Below are positions 57,564 to 64,000 of a DNA stretch of 64,000 bases, in pieces. Position numbers and translations under genes: made by a program. This DNA is from an uncultured Gammaproteobacteria bacterium (GTDB taxonomy: Bacteria > Patescibacteriota > Patescibacteriia > UBA9934 > GWF2-40-263). The notes beneath the pieces were generated by a model. It saw only the letters and a program-made list of their open reading frames with translations, searched no databases and had not been told where the DNA came from. The stretch is from assembly GCA_964538435.1 (NCBI GenBank), contig CAZIDX010000002.1, positions 41,566 through 105,565 of the forward strand, read 5' to 3'. Position 1 is the first letter of the stretch; every line of letters starts with the position of its first letter.

Positions 57564-58970
57564 GTGAAGAAGTGTTACATCGTCACCGACCTCGGACCCG
57601 GGGACGGTGGAAAAGGTGGCATCGTCCACCGCATCGCAACCCTGCTGCGAGCCATCTGCATCATCAAGGCAGGCGGCTTCCAAGGCAACCACGGCGTGCA
57701 CACCTCCCGAGGTGAACGCATGGACTTCAGTCAGTGGGGCTGCGGAACCCTCGAAGGAATCCGGACCCACATCTCGACTGACCTCATTGTGAGTCCTGAA
57801 GGACTCCTCAACGAAGCCGATCAGCTCCAGCGCCAGTGCGGAATCAACAACCCCTGGAGCATGCTGACCATCGATGAAAACGCACTGTGCTCAACCGAGT
57901 TCCACGGCGTGGCCTCGCGCATCAAGGAGATGGCCCGCGGTAAAAACCCGCGTGGAACCATCGGATCCGGCGCGGGCCAGTGCCATCGCTACAACCAGAG
58001 CCACCCCAAGCTCTCCATCTTCATGCGCGACCTGCGCGACCCCAAGACCCTGCGCTTCAAGCTCAACCTGATCCGGCTGCACATCGCATCAGATCTCATC
58101 GAGATCATCGAAGGTGGCTTCCTGCCTACGGACAACGAGCGTGTTCAAGACGAACTGAGCTTCATCATGAACCCTCATTCGGTCAACTACGTACTCGAGC
58201 GCTTCCTCATGGTAGGCAGGCTTGCAAACATCGTGGACTCAGACTACATGGCTCGCGAAATCCTCTCGAAGGATGGAGTCGTGGTCGTAGAGTCCTCGCA
58301 CGGTGTCCTCACTGACAACCTCATGGGCTTTGCCCCGCACACCAGCGCGATCCGCACGATCCCGCTCCTGCGCGAAAAACTCATCAAGGAAGCTGGCTAC
58401 GACGGACAGATCGTACATGTGGCCTGCCACCGCGCCTACAACGTGCGCCACGGCGCTGGCCCCATGCCAACAACCGATCCGAGTCTGAACGAAACCCTGC
58501 TCCCAGGCTCGTCCAATGACGAGAACCGCTGGCAAGGACATGTCCGGGTTGGTCCACTCGACCTCCCGCTCCTGCGCTACGCCATCGCGGTCAGCGGCCC
58601 CGAGCTCTTCAATGGCCTGGCTCTGACCTGGTTCGACCAGATCGTGAGAAACAATGTTTGGCACGTGGTGCATCGCTACAGCAGCGGAACCGAAGACCGA
58701 AAGTTCTTCACTGCTGACGGCGAGCTGCGGATCACAGCACTGCCAAGCAAGGCAGAGCAACACGCGTACACGCGCGAACTCGGAGACCAGCTCAGCCGCT
58801 GCGTTCCCGAGATCACCTCCATCCCAATCCCAGACGGACTGAGCCCAGAGGAGCTCTTTCATCTGGTCGAGGACGTCCTCAACAACGCGCTGGGTATCGA
58901 GCTTGCCATGCTCTCGCTCGGCCCCACCGAAACGGACAAGGTCCTCATGGCTCCCAAGAGCCAACGGTAA
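57564..58970 (+). CDS. Divergent adenylosuccinate synthetase (PurA)-like protein
   Basis: DLGPGDGGKG, GGFQGNHGV, GTIGSGAG, VESSHGVLTD, RAYNVRHGAGPMPT, RVGPLD, LALTWFD, SLGPT; GTG start with GAGG RBS. Confidence 0.85.
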   Translation: MKKCYIVTDLGPGDGGKGGIVHRIATLLRAICIIKAGGFQGNHGVHTSRGERMDFSQWGCGTLEGIRTHISTDLIVSPEGLLNEADQLQRQCGINNPWSMLTIDENALCSTEFHGVASRIKEMARGKNPRGTIGSGAGQCHRYNQSHPKLSIFMRDLRDPKTLRFKLNLIRLHIASDLIEIIEGGFLPTDNERVQDELSFIMNPHSVNYVLERFLMVGRLANIVDSDYMAREILSKDGVVVVESSHGVLTDNLMGFAPHTSAIRTIPLLREKLIKEAGYDGQIVHVACHRAYNVRHGAGPMPTTDPSLNETLLPGSSNDENRWQGHVRVGPLDLPLLRYAIAVSGPELFNGLALTWFDQIVRNNVWHVVHRYSSGTEDRKFFTADGELRITALPSKAEQHAYTRELGDQLSRCVPEITSIPIPDGLSPEELFHLVEDVLNNALGIELAMLSLGPTETDKVLMAPKSQR

Positions 58971-58976
58971 CCAAAA

Positions 58977-59006
58977 CACCCGGACGCAACGCGCGCCCGG
59001 GTTTTC
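58977..59006 (+). terminator. Terminator of PurA-like gene
   Basis: ACCCGG-ACGC-AACGC-GCGC-CCGGGT hairpin followed by TTT. Confidence 0.7.
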
Positions 59007-59217
59007 TAATTCAATCTCATCCCCCATGGAGATGGCGACCTGAGGGCCTCGATGGCCCGAAAGGTCGTGATACCACTCTCCTCCACCGTTCGAGGAGAGT
59101 GCAACGTGCGCTCTAAGGCGCAGGGGACAATTTTTGTGAGGTCAGCTTGCTGCCGAACAAAGAATTCGTCCCCGAGCCCTCTCTCTTAAAACTTACAGGC
59201 CTAGTAAAGGCGAAAAA

Positions 59218-61101
59218 TTAACGCTCTAGCTTAGGTAAAAACACACGATCTACATACAACTTCGTCGCAACCTGCCTATACCCCGAATCATAGAACATAC
59301 TCTCCCCATCCATCCGATCCGCCTTTTCTGAATGCAATCCACCAAACCGCGGATTAAACCGCTCGTATCCATTATGCATAAGCCGATACTGAAGCGTATC
59401 CCGCTCCATTTCTTCAATACAAATCGCTCGATGATCAATACCTTGAAACTCTCGCCCCTGATCATACAAATACGGCGCAAGCACTTTCTGCCTGAGTTCT
59501 TGTACAGCCCCAGGCTCTCCATCCCACACTGCCCCAAAGAGCGCATAGGCCCAAATACTTTCTGCGCGGTGCGGATCAAACTCTTCATGATCCTGAATCC
59601 AAAGCTCTTCGCCCCGCTCCTCAAGCCAAAACTCTGTAACCTCTCCACCAATCATCTCATGCCCGAAAAGTTCTGTGAGTGCTTCCCGCATCTTCTTTGT
59701 ATCTTTCTCTTGCATCCCTTCTCGCACAAACACAGCAACATCAAGATCAGAATCCTCCCGACCATACCCCTTGAGCCGAGACCCAAACGGAAGCACAACT
59801 GGATACACATATTTTGAAAGTACAGGGTGATTCTCAAGCTCAGTTGCAAGCCGAGTAACCTCTTTGAGCTCTGGCTTCATGCGCTTCATGTTCTCAGAAA
59901 ACGGCCCAGCAAGCTTTGGTGCTTTAAGCCCGAGATTCTCAAGCTGCATCTTACTCATGACTCCGTGCCTCGTGGCATGGTGGAACGTTTTTGCAAGCAC
60001 TCCACGAAGCTCTTCTGGCCCCTGAGTCCAAAGATCCATAAGTTTAGCTCCATAATCATCAAATAATTCTTGAGCAAGCAAATCGCGATCCTCAGCCAAC
60101 GCATCAATCGCGCGCAAGAGCCCATGAATACAAGCTTCCTGCACAAGCAGATCACCAGAATCAAGAAGTGCATTTCCATTAAATTCTTCATCACGCAGTG
60201 CTTCTGCAATCATCTCCCCTGCCTGCTCTATAGCAATACGTTTTCCATCTTTGCGAAGCCACGCCTCCCGTTTCTTTGTAATGCCATCATGCTTTTCTGA
60301 ATCAATCCGAACAAACTCAGCCTCAAGCCATGTTGCAACACTTCCTGCAGTCACCTCAGCAAGCGATGGTTTCTCGGCGCGCACAGGTACCTTCACACCA
60401 ACCCCCATGCGATCAAGATCAATCTGCTCGATCAAACCTTTTTCAAGAAGCACGGGAATGGTATCTGCCACACTCTGCACCAACAAAGGGTCAGAATCCT
60501 TAAGAAGCTCAAATACATCTCCAGGCTCAAGCCAGCCTTTTTCCATAAGCCCTGGAATAAGGTGAGCTGCCTTTACCACCCGCTCAAGATCTCCGTCCCG
60601 CGTTTCAATATCCATCACATCCCCATCAACAAAGTTCGCGCGCACATCATGTGTGCCCAAGAGCCGATCCCAAGCATGCAAATACTTCTCTCGAAGCGTG
60701 AGCGCTGCATCATCAAGATCACCTGTCTTAATCTTCCAATCCGCATCAGGCAAAAGCTCAAACGGAAGATAGAGCAATACTCTCTGATATTCAGAATCCT
60801 CTTCAAGCATCTTGCTAAGCGACTCATAGAGCTCTGCAACCTGACCCTCAGCAAGCTCACCAAGCTCCACAGCTCGCTGAACAGAAACATCAGGTCGTGA
60901 CAAAGCCGCAAACACCGTGTCGAGTCTCTCACTGAGCTGACGACGCTCCTTAACCTGACGCTGAAACTCAGGATTGTCTACAACTTCCTTTGGTAGCACC
61001 TTCTCAGCACTCCCAACATCTAACAAAACCTCACTCGCTGAGGGTTGAAAATATTGCTCAATTTTGGCCTCTTCGACATGTTTTTCATGTTCTTGTGTCA
61101 T
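59218..61101 (-). CDS. Large protein with C-terminal nucleotidyltransferase domain
   Basis: PFGSRLKGYGREDSDLDVAVF (GS..DxD). Confidence 0.7.
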   Translation of the reverse strand: MTQEHEKHVEEAKIEQYFQPSASEVLLDVGSAEKVLPKEVVDNPEFQRQVKERRQLSERLDTVFAALSRPDVSVQRAVELGELAEGQVAELYESLSKMLEEDSEYQRVLLYLPFELLPDADWKIKTGDLDDAALTLREKYLHAWDRLLGTHDVRANFVDGDVMDIETRDGDLERVVKAAHLIPGLMEKGWLEPGDVFELLKDSDPLLVQSVADTIPVLLEKGLIEQIDLDRMGVGVKVPVRAEKPSLAEVTAGSVATWLEAEFVRIDSEKHDGITKKREAWLRKDGKRIAIEQAGEMIAEALRDEEFNGNALLDSGDLLVQEACIHGLLRAIDALAEDRDLLAQELFDDYGAKLMDLWTQGPEELRGVLAKTFHHATRHGVMSKMQLENLGLKAPKLAGPFSENMKRMKPELKEVTRLATELENHPVLSKYVYPVVLPFGSRLKGYGREDSDLDVAVFVREGMQEKDTKKMREALTELFGHEMIGGEVTEFWLEERGEELWIQDHEEFDPHRAESIWAYALFGAVWDGEPGAVQELRQKVLAPYLYDQGREFQGIDHRAICIEEMERDTLQYRLMHNGYERFNPRFGGLHSEKADRMDGESMFYDSGYRQVATKLYVDRVFLPKLER

Positions 61102-61161
61102 ATACGCACAGTGTAGCAGATTCCCCAACCAAAAACACCCGCTCCACGCGGGTGTTTGTTT

Positions 61162-62031
61162 TTATGAAAAGAAATCTTTCAAACCAGCCCAGAACCCTTT
61201 CCTCTTTGCAGACTTCTTTGCGGCCGCCTTTTGCTCTGGAAGGCCCTGCGGCTCAAAATCAGGACTCGCTGCCTCATCCTTCAGTGCCTGCCACTCACCT
61301 CGTGTAAATGCTCGAGCATCGTCTTTTCTTGGCTCTCTCGTGCGCCCCCTACTCGTCTCAGCACCACCTTTCTTTGTGTCATACGCATCCACCTTTCTAT
61401 CAAGCAAAGCCTCAGCCTTCAAAAAGGTTCGCATCTTCTCACCGTCTGTCATGCCCAAACGAATTTTTTGCGCATCAAACCTACTACGATTCGCACCCCA
61501 AACTCTTGAGAGGCTATCCACATCCTCATCTGTTAAATTCTCAATGTGCTCTTCCAAACCAATCACCATATCAAACACTTGGTCTGCCGCCTCATCATAA
61601 CCTTGCTGTGCATCATCGCTATCAGGATTTCTTCCAGCATGACTTTCAGCTCCCTTAAACACATGCACAGCAATCATGAGTTTTTGAATTGCCAAGTCTA
61701 TCTTATTTCGACCTTCGCTATACTCTTGTTCCTCAGCTGCTTTCTGCTCAGCCTCTCTAAGATCTCGTTCCACTGATCTTCGCTTCACATCAACGGCTAA
61801 CTGCCGCTCAACTGGATCCTTACTTGTCTCACTGGGCGCCCTAAGACTGACCCTAGCCCCAGGATCCCCATCTAGCTCGGCAATCCTTGCTTCATTAAAT
61901 GCAAGCAGTCTTTTTCCAATATCCTCCATCTCATCATCCCCCATCCTCTCAGCTGGAGCTTCTTGGCCTCCTTCTGGTTTTTTTCTCTTCCACCCATCGC
62001 CTCCAGATGAGTCTCTTGCGTCAAAATTCAT
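61162..62031 (-). CDS. Hypothetical charged protein
   Basis: 289-aa ORF ending KGFWAGLKDFFS. Confidence 0.7.
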   Translation of the reverse strand: MNFDARDSSGGDGWKRKKPEGGQEAPAERMGDDEMEDIGKRLLAFNEARIAELDGDPGARVSLRAPSETSKDPVERQLAVDVKRRSVERDLREAEQKAAEEQEYSEGRNKIDLAIQKLMIAVHVFKGAESHAGRNPDSDDAQQGYDEAADQVFDMVIGLEEHIENLTDEDVDSLSRVWGANRSRFDAQKIRLGMTDGEKMRTFLKAEALLDRKVDAYDTKKGGAETSRGRTREPRKDDARAFTRGEWQALKDEAASPDFEPQGLPEQKAAAKKSAKRKGFWAGLKDFFS

Positions 62032-62052
62032 ATAATTTTCGAAAATGTGTTG

Positions 62053-64000
62053 TTAATCAAGTACTAATTCTATTCTACGCTTCATAACTATAGGGTCAAC
62101 CTCTTCACCCACACCAAATTCTTCACCCAGATCAAATCGAGAGAACAATGTAAGATCCACATCAATCACATAATCCGCCCAATCATCTCCAAACAACCCG
62201 ATCGCCGTCTCTTCGTCCGGAATATGTCGAATCACAGCGCGATCCGCATCCTCACTTGTTTCAACTACATACACATGCGGCACACTCGGAATCTTCACAA
62301 GCACCACCCCAGGCTTTGGAAGCATAGGAGCACCAAGCGGAATGAGCGAAAGCGTAGCATCAGAAACAAGCCGCACGTCATCAAACCCGTCAGCCCAAGT
62401 CAAAAAGATCTGAAGCGTTGGAAACGGTCGTCGCTTGCCTTGCTCATCAAGATAGTAAACAACCTTGGTGGTCTCACCGGTAATCATGTCACCTGGCTCA
62501 AGCCCCTGAGCCACACCTTGCATAAAGCCTGTGTGTGGAGACTCTGCTTCGATTGGCAGGTCAAACAAGCCTGACCCCTCAGCCTCACTCGGCTCACCAG
62601 CTTCTCCTTCGTTTTCAATCTCATCAACCTCCTCTTCAACCACATCTTCTGTTGAGCTTCCACCTCCCCCACCAGGACTCTCAGCAACTGAAATCGAGAA
62701 TGCATAATCTGATGAATCAAACGTTTCATCAGCCGCATCCTCAAGTGAAGCGCGAACAAACGCACTTGATGTTTCTTCTTCTGGAACTTCCCAATCGTAA
62801 CTTGTTTCACTTGCAAGAACGGTATCAATAAGGTCATACGTAGCACCTGCGTCGTATGAAATGTACAAACCAACATCAGAAGAGGAAGAATAATTCGTTG
62901 TTGTCCAAGTTATGCTCTCAATGTTTCCAGAAACCACCACCTCTCCTCCCGTTGGATTGAGTAGCACAATCGTTGCAACAGGATCATCTGTCTCATACCC
63001 AGCGGTATTCTCTGCAGTAAACACCCAAGCTGTTTTACTAACAATACCAGCAAAATCATTGGTTGCTGCATCATCAAAAGCTGTTGCATTAATGAGCACA
63101 TAGTACTCTTCACCACCATCAAACTCGCCTGATGGATTCACTGTGATTGTATCGCTTCCACCGGCAGAAACCTGCCCACCAGTCACATCAATGGTCTCAA
63201 ACTCAGAATCATCTGAATTTACTTTTACTTCAATGTTTCCTGACCCAATATTCACAGACTCAGAAAACGTCATTACAAGGTTTGTGGTCGTTGATACATC
63301 ATCACTGCCATTTGCTGGCGTAAGCGCGATAATAACCGGTGCAGCAGCATCATTTAGAGTCTCTCCTGAAACATCCGAAAGATTTGAACCAGCGCCATCA
63401 TGAATTGAATTTGCTGTGCCGTTTGATGCATCATATGAAATCGTAAACGACAAATCTGTATCCCCTGCAATTGCGTTTGCAATTGTAAGCTCCAAAATAT
63501 TTGTTGCTGCAGAGCACGAAGAAACAACAATTGCACCAGCATCTACTCCTCCAAATGAATAATCCGCAACCTCGCACTCATCTAGTGTGATATTTTTGTT
63601 AAAAACCAAATCTACCTGATCCACCTGCCCATCCGTATTGATATCTTTGTATTTACCGTAATTCAGAACCAAAAGTTGAATTGGAGTAAACACTCCTGTG
63701 CTCCCGTCATCCGCAGTATCTGTCGCGCCAGTTGGCCCACCGTCTCCACCAGGAGCAACACCAGCACTAACCAAACCAGCAAAAAACGAACTTGAATTTG
63801 TTGCATACTCTACAGCGGCAAGACCTCCACCACCTCCACCACCTTCAATTGAACCATTTCCATCCGAACCATCACCACCCATAACTGAAAGGGTGCCTGT
63901 GGTACCTGAAAGAATTCCTGACACAGTAATGTACACAGAACCTCCAGAACCACCACCGTGCGCTCGGTTAGACCCAGTGTCATAAGCATCACCCCCCTCA
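62053..64000 (-). CDS. Large surface protein (Gly-rich repeats, Ig-like domains, CPR-type C-terminal domain), 5' end outside window
   Basis: GGGSGGS repeats, P..G...V.....L..TFSE.V Ig-like motif, PTGGE..., C-terminal VYYLDEQGKRRPFP...LVKIPSVPHVY. Confidence 0.8.
   Translation of the reverse strand, partial: EGGDAYDTGSNRAHGGGSGGSVYITVSGILSGTTGTLSVMGGDGSDGNGSIEGGGGGGGLAAVEYATNSSSFFAGLVSAGVAPGGDGGPTGATDTADDGSTGVFTPIQLLVLNYGKYKDINTDGQVDQVDLVFNKNITLDECEVADYSFGGVDAGAIVVSSCSAATNILELTIANAIAGDTDLSFTISYDASNGTANSIHDGAGSNLSDVSGETLNDAAAPVIIALTPANGSDDVSTTTNLVMTFSESVNIGSGNIEVKVNSDDSEFETIDVTGGQVSAGGSDTITVNPSGEFDGGEEYYVLINATAFDDAATNDFAGIVSKTAWVFTAENTAGYETDDPVATIVLLNPTGGEVVVSGNIESITWTTTNYSSSSDVGLYISYDAGATYDLIDTVLASETSYDWEVPEEETSSAFVRASLEDAADETFDSSDYAFSISVAESPGGGGGSSTEDVVEEEVDEIENEGEAGEPSEAEGSGLFDLPIEAESPHTGFMQGVAQGLEPGDMITGETTKVVYYLDEQGKRRPFPTLQIFLTWADGFDDVRLVSDATLSLIPLGAPMLPKPGVVLVKIPSVPHVYVVETSEDADRAVIRHIPDEETAIGLFGDDWADYVIDVDLTLFSRFDLGEEFGVGEEVDPIVMKRRIELVLD

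Noticed and set aside
57564-58970. PurZ (Z-genome, 2-aminoadenine synthesis)
   Set aside because: Catalytic Asp retained (GDGGKG rather than GSxGKG); no adjacent datZ/mazZ-like or polymerase genes
22838-61162. Recurring AAAACACCC...GGGTGTTTT hairpins (about 22840, 29036, 40425, 47598, 61131)
   Set aside because: Best explained as ordinary bidirectional intrinsic terminators between convergent genes
1-64000. Prophage or IS element
   Set aside because: No integrase, transposase, terminase or structural phage genes recognised

Overview
Bacterial genomic window with gene content and style typical of Patescibacteria/CPR, probably the ABY1 group such as Uhrbacteria (inferred, not tested). The AT-leaning backbone carries a surface-polysaccharide cluster, ftsEX, murE, murD, murG, ftsW, mraY, a P-type ATPase, a translin-like gene, rpmA, rplI, pyrG, pgi, Fe/Mn SOD, RimK, a VTC-DUF4956-CotH triad, a PIF1-like helicase, ABC-F, large surface proteins, tRNA-Gln(TTG) and tRNA-Lys(TTT). 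About nine self-contained expression units are scattered through it. Each has TTGAC(A)-17 bp-TAnnn(n) upstream, most have a purine-rich SD-like RBS and visibly GC-richer coding sequence, and most end in their own terminator, whereas most backbone genes have short leaders with no SD. The largest unit (55.3-59.0 kb) is a degenerate protein-kinase-fold gene, a vWA/MIDAS gene and a divergent adenylosuccinate-synthetase (PurA)-like gene; this is the best candidate for an uncharacterised system. There are also two dispersed structured repeat families (a 99-bp covarying hairpin and a 61-bp heptamer hairpin in 5' UTRs) and several long palindromes. All calls come from reading motifs by eye; no searches or computations were run.
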